Assembly: GCA_963925015.1 (NCBI GenBank)
Contig: CAWUTX010000021.1
Span: 1-53,428, forward strand
Length of the DNA stretch: 53,428 nucleotides
Source of the DNA: an uncultured Gammaproteobacteria bacterium
Lineage (GTDB): Bacteria; Pseudomonadota; Gammaproteobacteria; SURF-13
Direction: 5' to 3'
The notes beneath the pieces are model-generated. The model saw only the letters and a program-made list of their open reading frames with translations, was not told the DNA's origin and did not search any database. This document shows positions 27,555-39,179 of the stretch, in pieces. Both the position numbers and the translations under genes were made by a program. Positions within the stretch are counted from its first letter, which is position 1. Every line of letters starts with the position of its first letter.

Positions 27555-28481
27555 TTAGATGCCTGCATAATAGACTGCGAACCACTTCCGTTCGTCAGTC
27601 CAAACGCTGATTTCAGAAAAGCCGACCTGGGTGAGTAAGGTGCTGAAATCGTCCAGTTGGTACTTGTAGCTGTTTTCAGTATGGATACGCTCGCCCTCGG
27701 AAAAGCTACGTCCACCGCCCGGCCAGGATACGACGCTGTCGCCAACCGCTTCAAGATACATTTCGATACGGGAGCGGGCTTGATTGTAGATCGCACAGTG
27801 TTTCCAGTCCTGCAGCCTGAAATCGCTTCCGATCAATCTGTTGAGGTGTGTGAGCACATTCAGGTTGAAGGTGGAAGTATATCCCAGGCCGTCGTTATAG
27901 GCGGTTTCAAGTATCGCCTGGTCCTTAATCAGGTCGACGCCGATGAGCAGCCCGCCGGTGTGTGTGCAGAGGCTCCTGATGTGTGACAAAAGTGTCACTG
28001 CATCTTCCGCATCAAAATTGCCGATGGATGAGCCCGGGTAAAAAAATACACGGGGCTCCGCATGGACGGAGTCCGGCAAAGTGAGGCCTAAGGACAAATC
28101 TGCCCCGACGGCGAGCATGTCAATGTCGGGGAATGCCACCTGCATCCGGGACAATACTCCTCTCGGGAATTCGGTCGAGAAATCCACGGCCACGTACTGC
28201 CGTGGCTTGAGCGACGGAAACAAGGTGCGAGCCTTCTCGCAATTGCCCGCGCCAAGATCGACAAGGATGGCGTCATTACCGATAGCCAGGGTAATTGCGT
28301 CCATATGACGATCCATCACCGCCTGCTCGGTACGCGTAAGATAATACTCTGGCAGGCGTGTGATGAGTTCAAACAGGCGGCAGCCAAGTATGTCGTAAAA
28401 ATACTTCGGCGATATGGAAGCGTTCGTCATGCTCAGCTTGTCGATGATCTCCTGGCGTGCGGCCCCGTTACTTTGATGCAT
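27555..28481 (-). CDS. egtD: L-histidine N-alpha-methyltransferase EgtD
   Basis: Collinear with mycobacterial EgtD from memory (SPKYFYD..G..LF..ITRLPEYY.TRTE, LVDLG.G...K, YPGSSIGNF, L.G.DL.KD...L..AY.D..G.T..FN.N.L...N, IEM.L). Confidence 0.88.
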   Translation of the reverse strand: MHQSNGAARQEIIDKLSMTNASISPKYFYDILGCRLFELITRLPEYYLTRTEQAVMDRHMDAITLAIGNDAILVDLGAGNCEKARTLFPSLKPRQYVAVDFSTEFPRGVLSRMQVAFPDIDMLAVGADLSLGLTLPDSVHAEPRVFFYPGSSIGNFDAEDAVTLLSHIRSLCTHTGGLLIGVDLIKDQAILETAYNDGLGYTSTFNLNVLTHLNRLIGSDFRLQDWKHCAIYNQARSRIEMYLEAVGDSVVSWPGGGRSFSEGERIHTENSYKYQLDDFSTLLTQVGFSEISVWTDERKWFAVYYAGI

Positions 28482-28663
28482 TCTGTCTCCTTACTGTGTC
28501 GGAGTTCGATGGAATTTGAGCAAGAGTGAAGTCAGCCTGTTTTGAATTCTGAGTGGGTAACTATAGCGCGTCAAGCGCTGAATACAGCACGAATCAGGCT
28601 GATTTCCCGCACCGGGAGAGGTGGTTTGGGTTATAATTTGCCTCCGCAACAAGGTGTTGGACT

Positions 28664-30462
<1,799 letters not shown>

Positions 30463-30466
<4 letters not shown>

Positions 30467-31284
30467 ATGTTGATTTTGCAGCAGTACTGTTAGGTGCGGT
30501 GGTAGTAAGCGGCGCCATCTGGGCGGTGGATGCCATGCTGTTTGCATCACGTCGGCGCGCGGATATTGCGCGGCTACGTGCCAGTGCTGCGCCACAGGCT
30601 GAGATTGAGCGGCTGGTGCGCGGGCCGGTGCTGGTCGAATACGCGCGCTCGTTCTTTCCCGTGTTTCTGGCGGTGCTGATGCTGCGCTCGTTTCTGGTGG
30701 AGCCGTTTCGCATACCCTCCAACTCGATGATGCCGACGCTGCTCACCGGCGACTTTATTCTGGTGAACAAATTCACCTACGGCATACGCCTACCGGTGGC
30801 CGACAAAAAAATTATCGACATCAATGCACCGCAGCGTGGCGATGTGGTGGTATTTCGTTATCCGCTCGAACCCTCGGTGGATTACATCAAGCGCGTGGTC
30901 GGCGTGCCGGGCGACCATATCGCCTATTACAACAAGACGCTGCGTGTGAATGGCCAACCCGTGCCGCAGGAGCTCGTGGGCGTTTATACCGGCGTGGGCG
31001 CGGGTAGCGGCATGACCGGGGCGAAGTTGTTGCACGAGTCCTTGGGCGGCGTGGCGCATCCGATCCTGATCCGCCCCGGCCAGGCCTCATTGGAGGGCCA
31101 ATTTACCGTGCCGCCGGGGCAGTATTTCGTGATGGGCGACAATCGCGACAACAGCAACGACAGCCGCTACTGGGGCACGGTGCCGGAGCAGAATCTGGTG
31201 GGCAAGGCCTTTATGATCTGGATGAATTGGGATGCCTCCAACGGTGGTGTATCATGGGGGCGCATCGGGTCGGGCATCCGATGA
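30463..31284 (+). CDS. lepB: signal peptidase I
   Basis: IPS.SM.PTL..GDFILV.K catalytic Ser box, GDVVVF..P, KRV.G.PGD, the [15 protein letters not shown] box. Start overlaps the lepA stop. Confidence 0.95.
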
Positions 31285-31296
31285 TACGTCATTCTC

Positions 31297-31353
31297 GTTA
31301 CTCAGGAGACGCAAAGCAAGGATACATGGCAGACTAGGTGTCTCCTGAGTAAC
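31297..31353. repeat. 14-bp perfect-stem hairpin adjacent to the G-rich REP (homologue of 3140-3190)
   Basis: GTTACTCAGGAGAC (31297-31310) pairs with GTCTCCTGAGTAAC (31340-31353), with a 29-nt loop. Confidence 0.85.
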
Positions 31354-31361
31354 AAACCCTG

Positions 31362-31439
31362 TTTACTCTACCCCCCCCCTCCCCCCGTTCAACCCGGGGG
31401 CAGGCTCTGCCCCGCCCCCTCAACAGGGGGCGGGGACGT
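31362..31439 (+). repeat. G-rich REP-like repeat, copy 2 (longer form, contains C10 and C6 runs)
   Basis: TTTACTCTACCCCCCCCCCTCCCCCC...CCCCCTCAACAGGGGGCGGGGACGT. Both ends match the reverse complement of 3079-3128. Confidence 0.85.
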
Positions 31440-31501
31440 GTAGGAGAGTGTAGTCTTACATTACTGACTTATGAGTAAATCTGACCCACGATGGAGGGGC
31501 C

Positions 31502-31873
31502 ATGTACAACACCCATACGCAACGCGGCATGTCGGCAGTCGGCTTTATCATCGTTCTTGCGCTGATAGGTACTTTTGTATTGGTGACGCTTAAATTGTTC
31601 CCGGCCTATATGGAGAGCTTCAAGGTGACAGCTGCGATGGAGTCGCTCGCAAGCCAGCCGGGCATCGGTGACAAGGGCAAGGGTGAAGTCATCGACATGC
31701 TGATGAAACGTCTGGATGTCGACGACGTGGATAACGTCAAGCCGGGCAATGTCGATGTCAGGCCGCGCGACGGCGGCGGATTGCTGCTCGGCGTCAAGTA
31801 TGAAACCAGGGGTACCCTGTTCAGCAATCTTGATTTCGTGGTGCGCTTCGACAAGAGCGTGGAGTTGCGTTGA
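31502..31873 (+). CDS. DUF4845-domain membrane protein
   Basis: 123 aa. It has an N-terminal pilin-like hydrophobic helix (QRGMSAVGFIIVLALIG) and sits between lepB and rnc, which is typical for DUF4845 in gammaproteobacteria as recalled. Confidence 0.7.
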   Translation: MYNTHTQRGMSAVGFIIVLALIGTFVLVTLKLFPAYMESFKVTAAMESLASQPGIGDKGKGEVIDMLMKRLDVDDVDNVKPGNVDVRPRDGGGLLLGVKYETRGTLFSNLDFVVRFDKSVELR

Positions 31874-32544
31874 GCGCGCCGCTCAAGCGCCTGTGCCCGA
31901 CGCTTGGATACCGTTTTATCAACGCCGGGCTGCTGGAAGATGCGCTCACTCACCGCAGTATGGCCGGCGCCAACAACGAGCGGCTGGAATTTCTCGGCGA
32001 CGCCATTTTGAACTTCATCATTGCCGCTGAGCTTTACCGGCGCTTTCCCCATGCGCATGAGGGTGATCTCAGCCGGTTGCGCGCGAGCTTGGTCAAGCGT
32101 GATGCACTGGCGGAACTCGCGGGCAAGCTGCATCTCGGCGACTATCTGAGCCTGGGGCCGGGCGAACTCAAAAGCGGCGGTCAGCGCCGCGCCTCGACGC
32201 TTGCCGACGCGCTCGAAGCCATCATCGGCGCGGTCTATCTGGACGGCGGTTTTGAGGCAGGCCGTGACGTGGTGCTGGGCCTGTATCGGGACTCGCTGGA
32301 AAATCTGCCGTCGGCCGCGGGCGTCAAAGACCCCAAGACCCGTTTGCAGGAATACCTCCAGTCGCGCCGCCAGCCCATACCGCAGTACAACGTGATCGAC
32401 GTGGCGGGCGAAGCGCACGCGCAGACCTTTCGCATCGAGTGCCGCGTAACAGGCATAGCGCCCACTGAAGGTGTGGGCAGCACACGCAGGCGCGCGGAGC
32501 AGGAGGCGGCGGAGCAGGCGCTCCGGCTGCTGGAGGAGAGTTGA
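31870..32544 (+). CDS. rnc: ribonuclease III
   Basis: ALTH.S......NERLEFLGD.IL signature, E.L.GA.YLD, and a C-terminal dsRBD (DPKT.LQE..Q........Y......G..H...F...C). Confidence 0.96.
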   Translation: MSAPLKRLCPTLGYRFINAGLLEDALTHRSMAGANNERLEFLGDAILNFIIAAELYRRFPHAHEGDLSRLRASLVKRDALAELAGKLHLGDYLSLGPGELKSGGQRRASTLADALEAIIGAVYLDGGFEAGRDVVLGLYRDSLENLPSAAGVKDPKTRLQEYLQSRRQPIPQYNVIDVAGEAHAQTFRIECRVTGIAPTEGVGSTRRRAEQEAAEQALRLLEES

Positions 32545-33422
32545 TGCGCTCCGGATACGCCGCTATCGTAGGCCGCCCCAACGTGGGCAAGTCCACCCTG
32601 CTCAACCATCTGCTCGGGCAGAAAATCAGCATCACCTCGCGGCGCCCGCAGACCACGCGCCACCGCATCCTCGGCATCAGCAACGGCAGCGGCTTTCAGA
32701 TCATGTATGTAGATACGCCCGGGCTGCACCATGTGGGCCAGCGCGCCATCAACAAATACATGAACCGTGCGGCGACGTCTGCCATGAGCGATGTGGACGT
32801 GCTTATTTTTGTCGTCGAAGGGCTCTGTTGGACGGAGCAAGACGACTATGTGCTGGAAAAGATCAAGGCACTGAAGGCGCCAGTGATTCTAGTGCTCAAC
32901 AAGACCGACAGAATTCCCGACAAAACAGCGCTGTTGCCGCATATCCAGAAGTTATCGGAAAAGATGAAGTTTGCCCACATCATCCCGCTCTCCGCGCGCA
33001 CCGGTGATAACCAAGCGGCGCTGGAGGAGGCCGTGAAGAACCTGCTGCCGGAAGGTGTGGCGCTGTATCCAGAAGACCAGATCACCGACCGCAGCGAACG
33101 CTTCATGGCGGCGGAATTCGTGCGCGAAAAACTCATGCGCAGCACCGGGCAGGAAGTGCCTTATGCCGCCACGGTGGAGATCGAAAAATTTACACACCAG
33201 CGCGACGTACTGCATATTCACGCCGTGATCTGGGTAGAGCGCGAGGGGCAGAAGGCCATCATCATCGGCGACAAGGGCGAGCGCCTCAAGCAGATCGGCA
33301 CCCAGGCGCGCCTGGAGATGGAGCGCATGTTTCAGTCCAAGGTATTTTTGCAGCTTCTGGTGCGCGTGAAGGAAGGCTGGTCGGACGATGCGCGCGTCAT
33401 GGCGCGTATGGGCTACGAATGA
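32541..33422 (+). CDS. era: GTPase Era
   Basis: GRPNVGKSTLLN (G1), DTPG (G3), NK.D (G4), and a KH domain (E.VREK........E.PY...V.IE). Confidence 0.96.
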   Translation: MMRSGYAAIVGRPNVGKSTLLNHLLGQKISITSRRPQTTRHRILGISNGSGFQIMYVDTPGLHHVGQRAINKYMNRAATSAMSDVDVLIFVVEGLCWTEQDDYVLEKIKALKAPVILVLNKTDRIPDKTALLPHIQKLSEKMKFAHIIPLSARTGDNQAALEEAVKNLLPEGVALYPEDQITDRSERFMAAEFVREKLMRSTGQEVPYAATVEIEKFTHQRDVLHIHAVIWVEREGQKAIIIGDKGERLKQIGTQARLEMERMFQSKVFLQLLVRVKEGWSDDARVMARMGYE

Positions 33423-34183
33423 GTATCACGCGCGTCAGTCTGCAGCCCGCCTTTGTGCTGCACCATCGCCCCTACCGCGACACCAGCGCGCTGCTGGAGA
33501 TTTTCACGCCGGAGTTCGGGCGCGTGGGTCTGGTCGCGCGCGGCCTGAGATCGGCCAAGTCGCGCCTGCAAGGCCTGGTGCAGCCGTTCAGTCCGCTGCT
33601 GGTTTCGTGGAGCGGGCGCGGCGAACTCGCCACGCTCACCGGCTGCGAGCCGAACGGCATGCTGACGAGGCTGGACGGGTCGCGCGTCCTCAGCGGGTTT
33701 TATCTGAACGAATTGCTGCTGCGGCTGTTGCACCGGCACGACCCGCACCCCGCGCTGTTTGAGTGCTACGCGCAAACGCTGCATCTGTTGCAGCAGCACG
33801 ATATGGAGCAGCGCGCATTACGCATTTTCGAGAAGCACCTGCTGCGCGAGATAGGTTATGCGCTGACGCTGGATCATGAGGCGGAGAGCGGCGCGCCGAT
33901 AGAACCGGGAGAGGCGTATAGTTATCACCTGGAGCGCGGCCCGCTCAAGCGTCATGCCGGGGAGTATGCGGGGATACGCATGCAGGGCAGCAGTCTGCTT
34001 GCGCTGTTAAGTGAAACCCTGCACGATGAGACCAGCCTGCGTGAAGCCAAACAGCTCATGCGCGCCGCGCTCGGTTTGTACCTCGGCAATAAACCACTGC
34101 AGAGCCGCGAATTGTATATCGACTTCCACAAGACTCGCGCGCCGTCACCAGCGTCAACGCCAGTGCTGGAAAACGCATCATGA
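33419..34183 (+). CDS. recO: DNA repair protein RecO
   Basis: AFVLH.RPYR.TS.L.E.FT...GR....ARG.RS.KSR..G.LQPF.PL..SW.G.GEL.TL, and synteny after era. Confidence 0.9.
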   Translation: MSITRVSLQPAFVLHHRPYRDTSALLEIFTPEFGRVGLVARGLRSAKSRLQGLVQPFSPLLVSWSGRGELATLTGCEPNGMLTRLDGSRVLSGFYLNELLLRLLHRHDPHPALFECYAQTLHLLQQHDMEQRALRIFEKHLLREIGYALTLDHEAESGAPIEPGEAYSYHLERGPLKRHAGEYAGIRMQGSSLLALLSETLHDETSLREAKQLMRAALGLYLGNKPLQSRELYIDFHKTRAPSPASTPVLENAS

Positions 34184-34917
34184 ATAGCGACATTTTGCTC
34201 GGCGTCAACATTGACCACGTCGCCACGCTGCGTGCCGCACGCGGCACGCGCTATCCCGATCCGGTGCAGGCCGCCTTCGAGGCGGAGCAGGCCGGGGCGG
34301 ATGCCATCACGCTGCACCTGCGCGAAGACCGGCGTCATATCCAGGAGCGCGACGTGGAGATGCTGAAAGACACGTTACAGACGCGCATGAATCTGGAGAT
34401 GGCGGTGACCGACGCCATGCTTGCATTCGCCGCGCGCATCAAACCGCACGACTGCTGCCTAGTGCCGGAGCGGCGCGAAGAGCTGACCACGGAAGGCGGG
34501 CTGGACGTCGCCGGGCAACTGCCGCGCATCACTGCGGCCTGTGTCGCACTCAAGGCCGCGGGCATACGTGTGTCATTATTCATCGACGCCGATGCACGCC
34601 AGGTGGAGGCCGCCGCGCGCGCCGGTGCGCCGGTAATCGAGATTCACACCGGGCACTACGCCGATGCGGAGGATGCAGGCGCAAGTGCGCAGGAGCTGGA
34701 GCGAATTATTGGCGCGGTGAAACTCGGCAGGAAATCGGGTATGCAGGTGAATGCCGGTCACGGCCTGCACTATCACAACGTCGCCGCTATCGCCGCGCTG
34801 CGCGAGGTGAGCGAACTCAACATCGGTCACGCCATCGTCGCGCGCGCTGTCTTTACAGGCTTGGCGGAGGCGGTGCGCGAGATGAAACACCTGATGCGTG
34901 AGGCCCGCCGTGGCTGA
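34180..34917 (+). CDS. pdxJ: pyridoxine 5'-phosphate synthase
   Basis: [38 protein letters not shown], the C.VPE.R.E.TTEGGLD motifs, HAGHGL.Y.NV. Confidence 0.96.
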   Translation: MNSDILLGVNIDHVATLRAARGTRYPDPVQAAFEAEQAGADAITLHLREDRRHIQERDVEMLKDTLQTRMNLEMAVTDAMLAFAARIKPHDCCLVPERREELTTEGGLDVAGQLPRITAACVALKAAGIRVSLFIDADARQVEAAARAGAPVIEIHTGHYADAEDAGASAQELERIIGAVKLGRKSGMQVNAGHGLHYHNVAAIAALREVSELNIGHAIVARAVFTGLAEAVREMKHLMREARRG

Positions 34918-35302
34918 GCGCATCTTCGGCATCGGCACCGACATCGTGCGCGTGTCGCGCATGCAGGCGAGTCTCACGCGTTACGGCGAGAAGTTCGCGC
35001 GCCGCATCCTCACGCAGAACGAACTCGATGACTTTTCTCGCTGTGAACGTCCGGCACATTTTCTGGCCAAGCGTTTTGCGGCCAAGGAGGCGGCAGTCAA
35101 GGCGCTGGGATTGGGTTTCAGCGCCGGGCTCACGCCACGCAACATCGGCGTTGCGCACGAGAAAAACGGCAAGCCGGTGCTTGAGTACCACGGCAAGGCG
35201 ATCGCGCTGGTGAAAAAAATGGGCATCAGTTCGGGCCACGTCAGCATCGCCGATGAAGACGATCACGCCGTGGCGTTTGTCACCCTGCTGGCGGCGATAT
35301 AA
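34898..35302 (+). CDS. acpS: holo-[acyl-carrier-protein] synthase
   Basis: GIGTDIV...R, FAAKEA..KA.G. The start is uncertain: GTG 34910 ([11 protein letters not shown]) overlaps the pdxJ stop and may be the true start. Confidence 0.9.
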   Translation: MRPAVAERIFGIGTDIVRVSRMQASLTRYGEKFARRILTQNELDDFSRCERPAHFLAKRFAAKEAAVKALGLGFSAGLTPRNIGVAHEKNGKPVLEYHGKAIALVKKMGISSGHVSIADEDDHAVAFVTLLAAI

Positions 35303-35311
35303 GGTGCGCCC

Positions 35312-36202
35312 ATGACTTATCCCACCATAGAATCATTTATCGGCAACACACCGCTGGTGCGATTGCAGCGTCTGCCCGGCGACACCACCAACACTCTGCT
35401 GGTCAAGCTGGAAGGCAATAATCCTGCGGGTTCGGTGAAAGACCGCCCGGCCATGAGTATGATCAAACATGCCGAGGCGCGCGGCGAGATTAAGCCGGGC
35501 GACACCCTGATTGAGGCCACGAGCGGCAATACCGGCATTGCGCTGGCGATGGCGGCGGCGATACGCGGCTATCGCCTCACGCTTATCATGCCGGAGCACA
35601 TGAGCGCGGAACGGCGCAGCACGATGAAGGCCTTCGGCGCCGAGATCATTCTGGTGTCGCGCGCCGCGAGCATGGAAGGCGCGCGCGACCTCGCCCTGAA
35701 AATGCAGGCCGAGGGCAAGGGCCGCGTGCTCGACCAGTTCGCCAATCCTGACAACCCGCTCGCTCATTACGAAGGCACCGGGCCGGAAATCTGGCGCGAC
35801 ACGCAGGGCAAGACCACACATTTTGTCAGCGCCATGGGCACCACCGGCACTATCATGGGCACCTCACGCTTTCTGAAAGAAAAAAATCCCGCAGTGCAAA
35901 TTATCGGTGTGCAGCCGAGCGACGGTTCGCAAATCCCCGGCATCCGCCGCTGGTCCAGAGAATATCTGCCGAAGATTTATGACCCCGCGTGTGTGGATCA
36001 GGTCATGGAGGTGAGTCAGAGCGAGGCCGAGGCGATGACGCGCGAACTTGCCGCGCGCGAAGGCATATTCGCCGGCATATCTTCCGGCGGCAACGTGGCG
36101 GCGGCGTTGCATTTGTCGCGTGAAGTATCCAACGCCGTGATTGTCGCTATCGTCTGCGACCGTGGTGACCGCTATCTTTCCACCGGCGTGTTCCCCGAAT
36201 GA
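35312..36202 (+). CDS. cysM: cysteine synthase B
   Basis: Near-collinear with E. coli CysM from memory (IGNTPLV.LQR, LEGNNPAGSVKDR.A.SMI, EATSGNTGIALAM, QF.NPDNP.AHY..TGPEIW, GIRRW..EYLP.I, CDRGDRYLSTGVF). Confidence 0.95.
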   Translation: MTYPTIESFIGNTPLVRLQRLPGDTTNTLLVKLEGNNPAGSVKDRPAMSMIKHAEARGEIKPGDTLIEATSGNTGIALAMAAAIRGYRLTLIMPEHMSAERRSTMKAFGAEIILVSRAASMEGARDLALKMQAEGKGRVLDQFANPDNPLAHYEGTGPEIWRDTQGKTTHFVSAMGTTGTIMGTSRFLKEKNPAVQIIGVQPSDGSQIPGIRRWSREYLPKIYDPACVDQVMEVSQSEAEAMTRELAAREGIFAGISSGGNVAAALHLSREVSNAVIVAIVCDRGDRYLSTGVFPE

Positions 36203-36969
36203 ATATACTCGTATTTGACATCGAAACTGTGCCGGACGTGGAGAGCGGTCGGCGGCTGTACAAGCTTGACGGCCTCAAAGACAAGGAAGTCGCCGAGGTG
36301 ATGTTTCATGCGCGCCGCCAGGAAACCGGAGGCTCGGAGTTCCTGCGCCTGCACCTGCACCGCATCATTGCCATCTCTGCAGTGGTGCGCACGCGCGACA
36401 AGGTGAAGGTGTGGTCGCTGGGCGAAGTGGACGCGTCCGAAAAGGAACTGGTCACACGCTTTTTCGACGGCATCGAAAAATACACGCCGACACTGGTGTC
36501 GTGGAACGGCGGCGGGTTTGATCTGCCGGTGCTGCACTATCGCGCACTGCTGCACGGCGTGGCCGCGCCGAAGTACTGGGATACAGGCGAGGCGGACAGC
36601 TCCTTCAAATGGAACAACTACCTCAGCCGCTATCACTCGCGCCATACCGACCTCATGGATGTGATTTCCCTGTATCAGCCGCGCGCCACGGCGCCACTGG
36701 ACGAGATCGCCACGCTGCTCGGCTTCCCCGGCAAGATGAGCATGCACGGCAGCCAGGTGTGGGACAGTTACATGCGCGGCGAAATTGTGAACATCCGCAA
36801 CTACTGCGAAACGGACGTGCTCAATACCTATCTCGTATATATGCGCTTTGAATTGATTCGCGGCCACATGAGCCAAGAAGAATACGACCTGGAATGTCAA
36901 CGGTTGCGCGATGAGCTTGCCAGCACAGGCAAGCCGCATCTCGATGAGTTTCTCGCTGCCTGGCGCTAA
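36199..36969 (+). CDS. predicted 3'-5' exonuclease related to the PolB exonuclease domain (COG3298-like)
   Basis: VFDIETVPD (ExoI-like), NG..FD.PVL..R (ExoII-like), YCETDV.NTYL (ExoIII-like). ATGA overlap with the cysM stop. Confidence 0.75.
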   Translation: MNILVFDIETVPDVESGRRLYKLDGLKDKEVAEVMFHARRQETGGSEFLRLHLHRIIAISAVVRTRDKVKVWSLGEVDASEKELVTRFFDGIEKYTPTLVSWNGGGFDLPVLHYRALLHGVAAPKYWDTGEADSSFKWNNYLSRYHSRHTDLMDVISLYQPRATAPLDEIATLLGFPGKMSMHGSQVWDSYMRGEIVNIRNYCETDVLNTYLVYMRFELIRGHMSQEEYDLECQRLRDELASTGKPHLDEFLAAWR

Positions 36970-37027
36970 CCCGCGCGACCCTGCGCCTCCTTGCTACTTC
37001 TAACTTGTCACTTGCTACTGTTTCTAA

Positions 37028-38377
37028 ATGCCCCGCCGTTCACGTAATTTAAAATCACTGCCGCAAGAGCCTGTGCCAGGGTACGTCGAGTCGCTCAACC
37101 ACGACGGGCGCGGTGTCGCGCATATGGGCGGCAAGGCCGTGTTCATTGAAGGCGCGCTGCCGGGCGAAGAGGTGTCGTTCACCTATGTCGCACAACACAA
37201 GCGCTACGATGAAGGAACCGTCGCGCAAATTCTCAAGCCGTCACCGCAACGTGTAACGCCGCGCTGCGTGCATTTCAACATTTGCGGCGGATGCAGCCTG
37301 CAACATATGGAGGCGGCCGCACAGATCGAGGCCAAGCAACAGGTCATGCTGGACAATCTCCGGCAGATCGGGAGAGTCGAGCCGGAGCAGGTATTGCCGC
37401 CGCTGAGAGGCCCGCACTGGGGCTACCGGCGCCGCGCGCGGCTGGGCGTCAAGTTCGTCATCAAGAAAGACAAGCTGCTGGTCGGCTTTCGCGAAAAGCG
37501 CAGTGCACTGCTGGCCGACATCAAGCGCTGCGAGGTATTGCACCCTTCAGTCGGAGAGCTGCTGCCAGAATTGCGCGCGCTGATCGCCGGGCTCGAAATC
37601 TATAACTGCATTCCGCAGATTGAAGTGGCTGTGGGGGATGAGGCGACGGCACTGGTATTTCGCAACCTGGCCGCGTTTAGCGGCTCCGATCTGGAAAAGA
37701 TGCAGCAGTTCGGAGAGGCGCACGGCTTACAGATATATCTGCAACCGGCGGGGCCGGAGAGCGTGACCTTGATCTGGCCGCAGGCCGCAGCCTTAAGTTA
37801 TCGGTTACCCGACTACGGACTCGAACTGTTTTTCTCACCGGCCGATTTTGTGCAGGTCAATGGCGAAATCAACCGCGCCATGATAGCGAGCGTCATCGGG
37901 CTGCTCGACCTTAAGCCGCAGGAACGTGTGCTCGATCTGTTCTGCGGGCTCGGCAATTTCACCTTGCCGTTGGCGCGCCATGCCGGGCATGTCACCGGAG
38001 TGGAGGGTGATGTGAAACTGGTGCAGCGTGCGCAAAGCAATGCCCGGCACAACGATATCCACAACGCGGAATTCTACGCTGCCGATCTCAGTCAGGATTT
38101 GTCCCAACAGCCGTGGGCCGAACAGCGCTTTGACAAGATTCTGCTCGACCCACCGCGCACCGGCGCGCTGGAGATCGTCAGACAACTGCAGGTGTTCAGT
38201 GCCTCAAGAATTGTGTACGTCTCATGCAATACAGCCACCCTGGCGCGCGATGCGCAGGAACTGGTGCAACGTGGCTACAAACTCGCTGCCGCAGGCGTGA
38301 TGGACATGTTTCCGCACACCACACATGTGGAATCCATCGCGTTGTTTGAGAAATACGAAAATAGTATCCATCACTAG
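37028..38377 (+). CDS. rlmD: 23S rRNA (uracil1939-C5)-methyltransferase
   Basis: TRAM N-domain, the 4Fe-4S Cys cluster C.....CGGC.LQH, F.P.DF.QVN, SAM motif LDLFCGLGNF.LPLA, LDPPR.G, VYVSCNP-like VYVSCNTATLARD. Confidence 0.93.
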   Translation: MPRRSRNLKSLPQEPVPGYVESLNHDGRGVAHMGGKAVFIEGALPGEEVSFTYVAQHKRYDEGTVAQILKPSPQRVTPRCVHFNICGGCSLQHMEAAAQIEAKQQVMLDNLRQIGRVEPEQVLPPLRGPHWGYRRRARLGVKFVIKKDKLLVGFREKRSALLADIKRCEVLHPSVGELLPELRALIAGLEIYNCIPQIEVAVGDEATALVFRNLAAFSGSDLEKMQQFGEAHGLQIYLQPAGPESVTLIWPQAAALSYRLPDYGLELFFSPADFVQVNGEINRAMIASVIGLLDLKPQERVLDLFCGLGNFTLPLARHAGHVTGVEGDVKLVQRAQSNARHNDIHNAEFYAADLSQDLSQQPWAEQRFDKILLDPPRTGALEIVRQLQVFSASRIVYVSCNTATLARDAQELVQRGYKLAAAGVMDMFPHTTHVESIALFEKYENSIHH

Positions 38378-38389
38378 CGTCCGGTTAGG

Positions 38390-38416
38390 AATCAATGGGG
38401 TCAGACTCGATTGATA
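38390..38416 (-). repeat. REP, copy 2 (inverted, upstream flank of RAYT)
   Basis: AATCAATGGGGTCAGACTCGATTGAT is the reverse complement of the unit at 39164-39190. Confidence 0.85.
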
Positions 38417-38468
38417 TTGGATTGAAAACGCAGTACAGTGCCTATTCCTATGAAGCTGGAGGCAGGCA

Positions 38469-39179
38469 ATCGCGCGCTTACCTAAATTTCTGATTCCAGG
38501 CCAACCGCAACATGTCATCCTGCGCGGCAACAACCGTACAGAAATCTTCTGTGCCGACGCAGACTACCGTTTCTATCTTGAAAAGTTACAGTTAGCCTGC
38601 GACTACCACGGCTGTGATGTTCATGCCTATGTACTGATAACCAACCACGTACATTTACTCATCACACCACACGAAGAACAAAGCCTTCTAAAAGCCATGC
38701 AAATGCTGGGGCGTTACTATGTGCAGTACTTCAACTACTGCTACCAGCGCACGGGCACCCTGTGGGAAGGCCGCTATAAAGCCACCCTGATTGATACCGA
38801 AGCCTACCTGTTGACGCGCATGCGCTACATAGAGTTAAATCCGGTACGGGCAGGCATGGTTTCACACCTGACTGAGTATCCTTGGTCAAGTTATCATCAC
38901 AATGCCTTTGGTCAGCCCAATGATTTGGTGACGTCGTATCTTGAATATCGCCGTTTGGGCAAGACCGACGCAGAGCGTCAGGCAGCCTACCGCCAGCTAT
39001 TCAGGCATCACATACCTGAAAAAAGTATCACTGAAATCAGGGAAGCGACTAATAAAGCCTGGGTGTTCGGCAATGATCGGTTCAAGCAACGCATTCAAAA
39101 GCGATTGGAGAGACGAGTTGAGCCGGGAGCCAAGGGTGGGGATAGAAAATCAGAACAATTCAGAATCAATCGAGTCTGA
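38469..39179 (+). CDS. REP-associated tyrosine transposase (RAYT, IS200/IS605-like HUH Y1 transposase); no canonical start codon
   Basis: Frame open from 38454. ARLPKFLIPGQPQHVILRGNNR, HUH motif in YVLITNHVHLLIT, TLWEGRYK, catalytic-Tyr region MRYIELNPVRAGMV, YPWSSY. Where relatives have MARLPR, this copy reads A-I(ATC)-A-R-L-P. The nearest upstream ATG (38450) is in another frame and stops after 11 codons. The first in-frame ATG (38697) would delete the HUH motif. Confidence 0.8.
   Translation: MARLPKFLIPGQPQHVILRGNNRTEIFCADADYRFYLEKLQLACDYHGCDVHAYVLITNHVHLLITPHEEQSLLKAMQMLGRYYVQYFNYCYQRTGTLWEGRYKATLIDTEAYLLTRMRYIELNPVRAGMVSHLTEYPWSSYHHNAFGQPNDLVTSYLEYRRLGKTDAERQAAYRQLFRHHIPEKSITEIREATNKAWVFGNDRFKQRIQKRLERRVEPGAKGGDRKSEQFRINRV

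Noticed and set aside
28632-28637. TATAAT hexamer 27 nt upstream of the lepA GTG start, as a promoter.
   Set aside because: There is no acceptable -35 or extended -10 element. It is too weakly supported to list as a feature.
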